Source: Burkholderiales bacterium | GTDB lineage: Bacteria > Pseudomonadota > Gammaproteobacteria > Burkholderiales > SG8-39 | DNA: 58,962 nt | Direction: 5' to 3' | Assembly: GCA_036496555.1 (NCBI GenBank) | Contig: DASXKY010000069.1 | Location: 1-58,962 of the forward strand | Shown here: piece by piece, positions 40,272-48,196 of the stretch | Position numbering within the stretch: position 1 is the stretch's first letter | How the letters are laid out: the number at the start of each line of letters is the position of its first letter | Program-made: the position numbers and the translations under genes | Notes under the pieces: generated by a model | Database searches by the model: none | What the model saw: only the letters and a program-made list of their open reading frames with translations | Told to the model about the DNA's origin: nothing

Positions 40272-41981
40272 ATGAACTCACCCACCAATCCGCAGGCCAA
40301 GCGCCACATCGGCCAGATCCTGATCGACCAGGGCATCCTCACCGAGGACCAGCTGAGGATCGCGCTGCTCGAGCAGACGAAGTCGCACGTGCCGGTGGGC
40401 CGCCTGCTGGTGCAACTCGGCTTCGTCTCGGAAGCCACGTTGCGCGACGCGCTGTCCGAGAAGCTCGGCCTGCAGTCGGTCGACCTCGCGCACATCATCG
40501 TCGATCCCTCGGCGCTGAAGATGCTGCCGCGCGAAATGGCGCGCCGCTACCGCATCTTCCCGGTGGCGCTCGACCGCCAGCAGAAGAAGTTCATCGTCGC
40601 GCTCGCCGACACCAACAACATCGTCGCCATCGACCAGCTGCGCGCGCACCTCAAGGGCGACTTCGAGATCGAGCTGCGCCTCGCCGGCGACTCCGAGATC
40701 GAGCGCGCGGTCGAGCACTACTACGGCCACGAGTTCTCGATCGACGGCATCCTGCGCGAGATCGAGACCGGCGAGGTCGATTACACCAGCCTCACCGAGG
40801 GCGACGAGTATTCGCAGCCGGTGGTGCGCCTGATTTCCGCCCTCCTCGCCGATTCCGTCGAGAGGGCGGCTTCGGACATCCACTTCGAGCCCGAGCAGAA
40901 CTTCCTGCGCATCCGCTACCGCATCGACGGCGTGCTGCGCCAGATTCGCTCGCTGCACAAGACCTACTGGCCGGCGATGGCGGTGCGCATCAAGGTGATG
41001 GCGAAGATGAACATCGCCGAGACGCGCGCGCCGCAGGACGGCCGCATCTCGGCCACCATGTCGGGCCGCGTGGTCGACTTCCGCGTCTCCAGCCTGCCCA
41101 CCACGCACGGCGAGAACCTGGTGCTGCGCATCCTCGACCGCCAGAAGGGCATCGTGCCGCTCGACAAGCTGGGCCTCGAGGAAAGCCAGCTCGAGCTCCT
41201 GAAGCGCATGATCGCGCGGCCCGAGGGCATCATCCTGGTCACCGGCCCGACCGGCAGCGGCAAGACCACCACGCTCTACTCGGTGCTCAACCACATCAAC
41301 TCCGACGGCGTGAACATCATGACGCTGGAGGACCCGGTCGAGTACCCGATGACGCTGATCCGCCAGACCTCCGTCGCCGAGGCGGCGAAGCTCGATTTCG
41401 CGAACGGCATCCGCGCGCTGATGCGCCAGGACCCCGACGCGATCCTGGTCGGCGAGGTCCGCGACCGCGACACCGCCGAGATGGCGTTCCGCGCGGCGAT
41501 GACCGGCCACCAGGTGTACTCGACGCTGCATACCAACTCGGCGGTCGGCGCCTTCCCGCGCCTGCTGGACATCGGCATCGTGCCCGACATTCTCGCCGGC
41601 AACATCATCGGCATCATCGCGCAGCGCCTGGTGCGCCGGCTTTGCCGCACCTGCCGCCAGTCCTACGACCCCGACGTGCGCGAGCGCCGCGTGCTCGGCA
41701 TCACGCCGACCGAGCCCGCCGCGATCTTCCGCGCGGTCGGTTGCGAGCAGTGCGACTACCAGGGCTACAAGGGCCGCGGCGCGATCCTCGAGATCCTCAA
41801 GATCGACGGCAGCATCGACGAGCTGGTGGCGCGGCGCGCCACCGCGCGCGAGATCCTCACCGCCGCGCTCGCGAAGGGCTTCAAGACCCTCGCCGACGAC
41901 GGCGCGCGGCTGGTGCGCGCAGGCGCGACCAGCCTGGACGAGCTCATGCGGGTGGTCGATCTGACTGACCGCATGGCATGA
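40272..41981 (+). CDS. GspE/PilB-family assembly ATPase with N-terminal MshEN-type domain (MshE-like)
   Basis: Walker A GPTGSGKTT, Asp/His boxes, tetracysteine CRTC...CEQC. The N-terminus carries two tandem 24-residue MshEN-like motifs. Confidence 0.92.
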   Translation: MNSPTNPQAKRHIGQILIDQGILTEDQLRIALLEQTKSHVPVGRLLVQLGFVSEATLRDALSEKLGLQSVDLAHIIVDPSALKMLPREMARRYRIFPVALDRQQKKFIVALADTNNIVAIDQLRAHLKGDFEIELRLAGDSEIERAVEHYYGHEFSIDGILREIETGEVDYTSLTEGDEYSQPVVRLISALLADSVERAASDIHFEPEQNFLRIRYRIDGVLRQIRSLHKTYWPAMAVRIKVMAKMNIAETRAPQDGRISATMSGRVVDFRVSSLPTTHGENLVLRILDRQKGIVPLDKLGLEESQLELLKRMIARPEGIILVTGPTGSGKTTTLYSVLNHINSDGVNIMTLEDPVEYPMTLIRQTSVAEAAKLDFANGIRALMRQDPDAILVGEVRDRDTAEMAFRAAMTGHQVYSTLHTNSAVGAFPRLLDIGIVPDILAGNIIGIIAQRLVRRLCRTCRQSYDPDVRERRVLGITPTEPAAIFRAVGCEQCDYQGYKGRGAILEILKIDGSIDELVARRATAREILTAALAKGFKTLADDGARLVRAGATSLDELMRVVDLTDRMA

Positions 41982-41985
41982 GCCC

Positions 41986-43191
41986 GTGCCGCTTTTCACG
42001 TACAAGGCGGTAGACGCACAGGGCAAGAACGTCGTCGGCCGCGTCGAGGCGGTCAATCTGTTCGACCTCGAGCAGCGCCTGGTGCGCATGGGGCTCGACC
42101 TCGTCTCCGGCGCGCCCGCGAGTACGCGCTCGCGCCTGATCGGCGGCAGCCGCGTCACGCGCCAGGACCTGATCAACTTCTGCTTCCACCTCGAGCAGCT
42201 CGTCAATGCCGGCGTGCCGGTGCTGGAAGGACTGAACGACCTGCGCGATAGCATCGAGAACCCGCGCTTCCGCGAGGTGGTCTCCGGCCTGGTGGAGTCG
42301 ATCGAGGGCGGCCGCAACCTGTCGGGCTCGCTCGCCGAGTACCCCGAGGTATTCAGCAAGGTGTTCGTCGCGCTGGTGCGCTCGGGCGAGCAGACCGGCA
42401 AGCTGCCGGCGGTGCTGAAGAGCCTGTCGGAGTCGCTCAAATGGGAGGACGAGCTCGCCGCGCAGACCAAGAAGCTCCTCCTGTACCCGGCCTTCGTCGG
42501 CTCGATCGTGCTGCTGGTCACCTTCTTCCTGATGATCTACCTCGTGCCGCAGATGACCGGTTTTATCCGCAATATGGGCCAGGACGTTCCGCTGCAGACG
42601 AAGATCCTCATCGCCGTGTCGGAGTTCTTCGTCAACTACTGGTGGGCGATCGTGCTGGCGCCCTTCGCCGCCTGGGCCGGCCTCAAGGCTGCGACGGCCT
42701 ACAACCCGGCGGTGCAGTACGCCATCGACCGCTACAAGATTTCAATGCCGCTGATCGGCCCGATTCTGCGCAAGATCATCCTGTCGCGCTTCGCCTCGAG
42801 CTTCGCCATGATGTACGGCTCCGGCATCACCGTGCTCGACGCGATCCGCAGCTGCGAGGAGATCGTCGGCAACCGGGTGCTGGAGGGCGCGCTGCGCACC
42901 GCCGGCCAGCAGATCGCCGAGGGCAAAGGCATGACCGCGGCCTTCTCCGACCTCGGCCTGTTCCCTCCGCTGGTGATCCGCATGCTGCGCATCGGCGAGA
43001 ACACCGGCGGCCTCGACACGTCGCTCCTCAACGTGAGCTACTTCTACAACCGCGAGGTGCGCGAGCAGATCGGCAAGATGCAGGCGATGATCGAGCCCGC
43101 GCTTACGCTGGTGCTCGGCGCGATCCTCGGCTGGGTGATGCTGTCGGTGCTCGGGCCGGTGTATGACGCCATCTCGAAGATGAAGTTCTAG
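41986..43191 (+). CDS. GspF/PilC-family inner-membrane platform protein (MshG-like)
   Basis: GTG start. MPLFTYKAVDAQGKNVVGRVEA. Duplicated T2SSF domains and three TM segments. 401 aa. Confidence 0.9.
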   Translation: MPLFTYKAVDAQGKNVVGRVEAVNLFDLEQRLVRMGLDLVSGAPASTRSRLIGGSRVTRQDLINFCFHLEQLVNAGVPVLEGLNDLRDSIENPRFREVVSGLVESIEGGRNLSGSLAEYPEVFSKVFVALVRSGEQTGKLPAVLKSLSESLKWEDELAAQTKKLLLYPAFVGSIVLLVTFFLMIYLVPQMTGFIRNMGQDVPLQTKILIAVSEFFVNYWWAIVLAPFAAWAGLKAATAYNPAVQYAIDRYKISMPLIGPILRKIILSRFASSFAMMYGSGITVLDAIRSCEEIVGNRVLEGALRTAGQQIAEGKGMTAAFSDLGLFPPLVIRMLRIGENTGGLDTSLLNVSYFYNREVREQIGKMQAMIEPALTLVLGAILGWVMLSVLGPVYDAISKMKF

Positions 43192-43199
43192 GCCCCGCC

Positions 43200-44729
43200 A
43201 TGGCCGCCCGCCACCTGCTCTACTTCACCGCCGAGGACCACTACCTCTATCGCGCCGCGCGCGGCGAGCTCGAGCTGGAGGCGAAGTTCTCCGGCGACGA
43301 CCTCGGCGTGGGCGCCTTTCGCGAGCACCTGCGTCACCGCAGCGGCGCCCTCTTCTGCGTGATGGTCGACCTCGCGGGCGAGGATTTCCACGAGGAGCAG
43401 ATCCCGCTGCTGCGCGGCGGAGACCGCGAAGCCGTCGTGCAGCGCCGCATCGCCCAGCGCTACCGCGACACGCGCCTCGCTGCGGCGCTTTCCCTCGGCA
43501 TGGTGCTCGCCGGCGAGCGCAAAAACGAGCGGCTGCTGCTCGCTTCGTTCACCAACACGCAAAGCCTCGCGCCCTGGCTCGACGCGCTCGAGGAGTCCGG
43601 CGCGCGTCTCGCCGGGGTATTCTCGGTGCCGCTGCTCGCACCGGCGCTCGCCTCGCGGCTCGGCGTGCGCTCCGGCCGCGTCTTCATCGTCACCGCCACG
43701 CGCGCCGGGCTGCGCCAGAGCTACGTCGAGGACGGCCGCCTGCGCTTCGCGCGCCTCGAGCGCATGGCCGAGATGACGCCGCAGGCCCTCGCCATGTTCG
43801 TGCGCTCGGAGACGCTGCGCCTCGCCCAGTACCTCGCCACGCTGCGCGTGCTGCCGCGCGAAGGCGGCCCGGTGCAGGCGCTGGTGGTGGCGCCGCCGGG
43901 CCAGCGCATCGTGTTCGAGAACGTACTGCAATCGGATGCGCGCCTGGTCTTCCGCACGCTCGACAGCGCCGAGGCCGAGCGCGCCGCCGGGCTGCGCAGC
44001 GCCCCGCAGGCCGCCGGCGCCGAGGCGCTGTACCTGAACCTCGCGGCGAAGAAGCCGCCGCGCGAGCAGTTCGCCTCGAGCACCGAGCGCCGCCGCTACA
44101 TCGTCTGGCGGCTGCAGCGCACCGTGATCGCGGCTGGCGCCATCGCCTTCGCCGCCTGCACGCTGTTCGCCGGCGTCAAATGGCTCGACGTGATCCAGGC
44201 GCGCGCGAACGCCGAGGCGCAGGCGCAGGAGGCGCGCCGCTCGGCCGAAGCCTACGAGCGCATCACCGCCGGCTTCCCGGTGACGCAGACTTCCACCGAC
44301 AACCTCAAGGTAACGGTGGTCGAGTTCACGCGCATTGCGCAGCGCAGCGCGCCGCCCGAGCGGATCTTCCAGCACGTCTCGCGCGTGCTGGAGGCGTTCC
44401 CGCAGTTCGAGATCGATTCCCTCAGCTGGAGCACCGCGCGACGCGACGCGCGCCCCGGCGGCGGCCAGAAGCCCGAGGGGCCCGGCGAGGCCGGCGAGAC
44501 CGTCGAGATCTCCGGCCGCGTCAACGCCACGCAGCGCAGCGACTACCGCGGCATCACCGCGCAGGTCCAGCGCTTCGCTTCGGCGCTCGGCTCATCGGGC
44601 TACGATCTGGTGCGCACGCAGCTGCCCTTCGACATCACCTCCGAAGGCACGCTCACCGGTGACATCGGCGGCGCCGAGAGCAACGAGGCGCCGCGCTTCA
44701 CCGTGGTGCTCGCGCGGAGGGCGCCATGA
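43200..44729 (+). CDS. hypothetical bitopic protein, possibly a PilM-PilN (MshI-like) fusion
   Basis: ~310-aa cytoplasmic part, one TM (VIAAGAIAFAACTLFAGV), a coiled-coil segment and a periplasmic domain. Position and topology match alignment-complex proteins. No motif confirmed. Confidence 0.55.
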   Translation: MAARHLLYFTAEDHYLYRAARGELELEAKFSGDDLGVGAFREHLRHRSGALFCVMVDLAGEDFHEEQIPLLRGGDREAVVQRRIAQRYRDTRLAAALSLGMVLAGERKNERLLLASFTNTQSLAPWLDALEESGARLAGVFSVPLLAPALASRLGVRSGRVFIVTATRAGLRQSYVEDGRLRFARLERMAEMTPQALAMFVRSETLRLAQYLATLRVLPREGGPVQALVVAPPGQRIVFENVLQSDARLVFRTLDSAEAERAAGLRSAPQAAGAEALYLNLAAKKPPREQFASSTERRRYIVWRLQRTVIAAGAIAFAACTLFAGVKWLDVIQARANAEAQAQEARRSAEAYERITAGFPVTQTSTDNLKVTVVEFTRIAQRSAPPERIFQHVSRVLEAFPQFEIDSLSWSTARRDARPGGGQKPEGPGEAGETVEISGRVNATQRSDYRGITAQVQRFASALGSSGYDLVRTQLPFDITSEGTLTGDIGGAESNEAPRFTVVLARRAP

Positions 44730-45334
44730 GGTTTACCCCCCAGGAGCTGAGGAAGCTTCTGCTGCCGTTCTTCCTCGCGGCGCTGATGCTCGCCTGCGGC
44801 GGCGCGCTCATCTGGAGTGCGCAGGAGGCGCTCAAGCGCGCGCAGAACGACGCCGCGGCGGCGCAGGCCGAGCGCCAGCAGAACGGTGCGCGCCTGGCCC
44901 GCATCGCCGAGGAAGAGCGCGAGGTGAAGGAGAAGATCACCGTCTACCAGCGCCTGAAGACCCTCAACATCATCGGCGAGGAGCGGCGCCTGGAATGGGC
45001 CGACGCGGTGACGCGCATCCGCGCGAGCCGCGAGCTGCTCGACCTTCGCTACCGTGTCGAGCGCCAGCGCCTGCTCGCGTCGCTGCCGGGCAAGCCAGGC
45101 AACGTCGACTTCTTCGCGAGCGCCATGCGCGTCGAACTCGCGCTCCTGCACGAGGAGGATCTGCTGCGCTTCCTCGGCGACCTGCGCGACTCGGGCAACG
45201 CCTACTATGCGGTGCGCGGCTGCACGCTCACGCGCACCAACAACGCCGGCGGCAGCGCGACGATCGCGCCGCGGCTGCGCGCGGAGTGCAACATCGACCT
45301 GATCACGATCATCGACCGCGGAGCGAAGGGATGA
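44726..45334 (+). CDS. hypothetical bitopic protein, PilO/MshJ-like
   Basis: ATGA overlap with the upstream gene. N-terminal TM (LLLPFFLAALMLACGGALIW), a coiled coil rich in A/Q/E/R, and a small C-terminal domain. Confidence 0.55.
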   Translation: MRFTPQELRKLLLPFFLAALMLACGGALIWSAQEALKRAQNDAAAAQAERQQNGARLARIAEEEREVKEKITVYQRLKTLNIIGEERRLEWADAVTRIRASRELLDLRYRVERQRLLASLPGKPGNVDFFASAMRVELALLHEEDLLRFLGDLRDSGNAYYAVRGCTLTRTNNAGGSATIAPRLRAECNIDLITIIDRGAKG

Positions 45335-45741
45335 AGCGCCTGCTCCTCCTCGCCGCGTGCCTGCTCGCGAGCGAAGCTTGCCTCGCCGAGGAGCTCGGGC
45401 GCCTGTTCTTCACGCCCGAGCAGCGCCAGGCGCTCGACGCGCGGCGCCGCGCGCGCATGCCCGACCGGCCGAGCGCGCCGATCGTCACCTCCCCAACCAC
45501 CCGCCTCGACGGCTACGTGCAGCGCGGCAACGGCAAATCGACGGTGTTCGTAAACGGCGAGGCGGTGCCCGAGAGCGCGCCGGAGGCGCCGCGCATCGGC
45601 GGCAGCCGCGCGACCGTGAACGTCGGCGAAAGCGGCGCGCGCACCGCCCTCAAGCCCGGCGAGACGCTCGACCGCGGCACGGGCGAGGTGCGCGACGTGG
45701 TGCCCGAGGGCCAGATCCGCATCGAGCGGCGCTCGCCGTGA
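45331..45741 (+). CDS. small secreted protein, PilP/MshK-like
   Basis: ATGA overlap. Signal peptide MKRLLLLAACLLASEACLA. The LGRLFFTPEQRQALD motif is seen in MshK-like proteins (recollection). Confidence 0.55.
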   Translation: MKRLLLLAACLLASEACLAEELGRLFFTPEQRQALDARRRARMPDRPSAPIVTSPTTRLDGYVQRGNGKSTVFVNGEAVPESAPEAPRIGGSRATVNVGESGARTALKPGETLDRGTGEVRDVVPEGQIRIERRSP

Positions 45742-47441
45742 GGAAACTCGTCGGCGCGAGCCGCGCGCAGCGCGGCGCCGCTCTTATCCTCTTTGCCACG
45801 GTGCTGATCCTCGGCGTCGCCTGGTACACCGTCGGCATCCTCGGTAGGGCTCCGGTCGCGACCGCCGAGCGCGAGACCATCACCGGCGTCGCGCTGCAGT
45901 CTGCGAAGCAGGCGCTGCTCGCCTACGCCGCGCGGCAGGCGGCGCGCAGCAGCGAGGCCTCGCCCGGCCGCCTGCCCTGCCCCGAACATCCGAGCGTCGC
46001 CGGCACGGCCAACGCCGGGCAGGCCGCGCCGATCGTGGCCATCGCGGCGACCTGCTCGGGCATCGGTCGCCTGCCCTGGCGCACGCTCGGCGTCGACCAG
46101 ATCCGCGACGGCTATGGCGAGCCGCTCTGGCTCATCGTGCCGACCGGCACCTGGACGCTCGTGAACAGCAGCACCACGCTCACCATCAACCCCGGCATCG
46201 CAGGCCAGCTCGCGGTCGACGGCGCGGCGAACGCGGCGGTGGCGCTGATCGTGGCGCCCGGCGCGCCGGTCAACAATCTCGCCGAGCCGGGCGCGCCCGC
46301 CGCCGGCTGCGCCAGGGTGAACCAGAATGTGGCGACCCGCAACACCGCGCCGCTCGTGCCGGCCAACTTCCTCGAGTGCGCGAACAGCGCGGTCACGACG
46401 CCCGGTGCCTATACCAGCGTGATGACCAGCCCCTGGAGCAACGACCGCGTCATCGTCGTAACCGCGGCCGAGGTGATGGATGCCGTCGCCGGGCCGGTCG
46501 CCGACCGAATGCAGCGCCAGGTGGCGCCCGCCATGTACGACTACTACAACGCCACTTCACTCGCGAGCTGGGGACAACGCTTCTTCCCGAACGCGTCGAG
46601 CTTCGCCAGCGCACCGCCGGCCACCAACGACCTGTGCGGCGACACCGGGGCGCGCGAGGGTATGCCGCCGACAGCTACGGTCGCGTCGGCCGTGTGCAGC
46701 ACCAACTGGACCTCGGGCGGCGCCACCGGGCTCGGCGCGCTGCTCAGCTTCGGCGGCTGCACGTCGTTCGCGACCTTCATCCGCTGCGATTTCACCGCGC
46801 TCCTCGGCGGACTGCTCACGCCGCACATCACCGTCAACGCGCCGCGCGTGGGCTACAGCTTCCGCTGGGTCGACCCGACGACCATCACCGTCCAGGTGAA
46901 CGGCGGCGCGCAGAGCGCCGCGAGCACGAGCAACTACGGCGGCTCCGTCTCCGCGGCGGACGGCAGCGCGTCGATGAGCTTCGACGTTGCGCTGCCGCTC
47001 CTCAGCATCGCCGACAGCATCTCCATCCGCGTGCCGCACCCGGCCGACGCGCTGCTCGCCGACGCGCGCAGCACCTGGTATGTGAGCAACGGCTGGGATC
47101 GCTACAGCTATTACGGCGTCGCGCGCTCGGCGACCTCCGACCCGGGCGCGAGCATCTGCACGCCCGGCGGCACGGTGAGCGGCTGCCTGTCCGTGAACGG
47201 GCTGCCCTCGTCCACCCCGGCGAACGACAAACGCGTCGTGCTGCTGCTTATGAGCCGGGCGCTCGCCGGGCAGACGCAGCCGAGCACCGCGCTCGCCGAC
47301 TACCTCGAGGGGACGAACGCCGACACCGGGCGCACCGCCTATGCCTCGGCAACTGTGACCTCGGTCTTCAACGACCGCGTCGCCGCCTGCCCCTTCAAGT
47401 ACCAGGACGCGACCGGCACGAGCCAGGTGGTATGCAACTAG
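45738..47441 (+). CDS. large N-terminally anchored pilin-like protein (GspK/minor-pilin-like leader without Glu5); candidate tip or adhesin subunit
   Basis: GTGA overlap. N-terminus RAQRGAALILFATVLILGVAWY resembles GspK/PilX-type pseudopilin anchors. 567 aa, Ala/Thr/Ser/Gly rich with multiple Cys. It shares an LPCP module with the next gene. Confidence 0.6.
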   Translation: MRKLVGASRAQRGAALILFATVLILGVAWYTVGILGRAPVATAERETITGVALQSAKQALLAYAARQAARSSEASPGRLPCPEHPSVAGTANAGQAAPIVAIAATCSGIGRLPWRTLGVDQIRDGYGEPLWLIVPTGTWTLVNSSTTLTINPGIAGQLAVDGAANAAVALIVAPGAPVNNLAEPGAPAAGCARVNQNVATRNTAPLVPANFLECANSAVTTPGAYTSVMTSPWSNDRVIVVTAAEVMDAVAGPVADRMQRQVAPAMYDYYNATSLASWGQRFFPNASSFASAPPATNDLCGDTGAREGMPPTATVASAVCSTNWTSGGATGLGALLSFGGCTSFATFIRCDFTALLGGLLTPHITVNAPRVGYSFRWVDPTTITVQVNGGAQSAASTSNYGGSVSAADGSASMSFDVALPLLSIADSISIRVPHPADALLADARSTWYVSNGWDRYSYYGVARSATSDPGASICTPGGTVSGCLSVNGLPSSTPANDKRVVLLLMSRALAGQTQPSTALADYLEGTNADTGRTAYASATVTSVFNDRVAACPFKYQDATGTSQVVCN

Positions 47442-48196
47442 GCCGCGCACAGCGCGGCTTCACGCTCACCGAGATGGCGGTGGTGTTCGCCATCGTCGCG
47501 CTGCTGATCGCCGGCGCCATGTCGACGCTGTCCTCGCAGGTCGAGCGCCGCGACAGCGAGGAGACGCAGCGGCGGCTGAACGCCGCGACCGATGCAGTGA
47601 TCGCCTTCGCCATCGTCAATCGGCGTCTACCCTGCCCGGCGACGGCGGCCGCCGGCACCGGCGACGAGGCGCTCGCCACCGGCACCACCGCGACCGGCGG
47701 CGCCTGCACCAGCAACTACGGCGGCTTCCTGCCTGGACGCGCCATCGGCTTCCAGCCGGTGGACGCCTCGGGCTACGGCCTCGACGCCTGGGGCAACCGC
47801 ATCCGCTACGCCGTGGCCAACACCATCACGGGATGCACTGGCTCCTCCATCACGCCGCATTTCACGTCGGTGGCCAACCTCAAGGCGAACGGCGTCAGCT
47901 GCCAGCCGAACGACCTCGACATCTGCGCGCCGACCGACTCCACCACCGCCTGCACGGCGGCGAACCGCGCGGTCAGCACCGGCACCGTGGCGGTGATCCT
48001 CTTCTCGACGGGGAAGAACGGCGCGCTGCCCTCGCAGGGTCCGCACGAGCTCGCCAATACCGACGGCAACGCATCCTTCATCAGCCATCCGCAGGCCGGC
48101 CCCGACTCGGCGACTGGCCGCTACGACGATCTGATGGTCTGGCTGCCGGCGGGCGTGATTTACTCGAAGCTGATCGCCGCCGGCGCTCTTCCCTAA
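47432..48196 (+). CDS. prepilin-type N-terminal cleavage/methylation domain protein (minor pilin)
   Basis: Leader MQLGRAQRG/FTLTEMAVVFAIVALLIAGAM has Gly-1, Phe+1 and Glu+5. 254 aa. Confidence 0.85.
   Translation: MQLGRAQRGFTLTEMAVVFAIVALLIAGAMSTLSSQVERRDSEETQRRLNAATDAVIAFAIVNRRLPCPATAAAGTGDEALATGTTATGGACTSNYGGFLPGRAIGFQPVDASGYGLDAWGNRIRYAVANTITGCTGSSITPHFTSVANLKANGVSCQPNDLDICAPTDSTTACTAANRAVSTGTVAVILFSTGKNGALPSQGPHELANTDGNASFISHPQAGPDSATGRYDDLMVWLPAGVIYSKLIAAGALP

Noticed and set aside
40278-42521. 747-aa ORF antisense to the GspE- and GspF-like genes
   Set aside because: It lies opposite two genes with unambiguous Walker, tetracysteine and T2SSF signatures. The translation is Arg/Ala/Gly/Asp-rich with no motif. 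Long antisense ORFs are expected in very GC-rich DNA because stop codons are rare.
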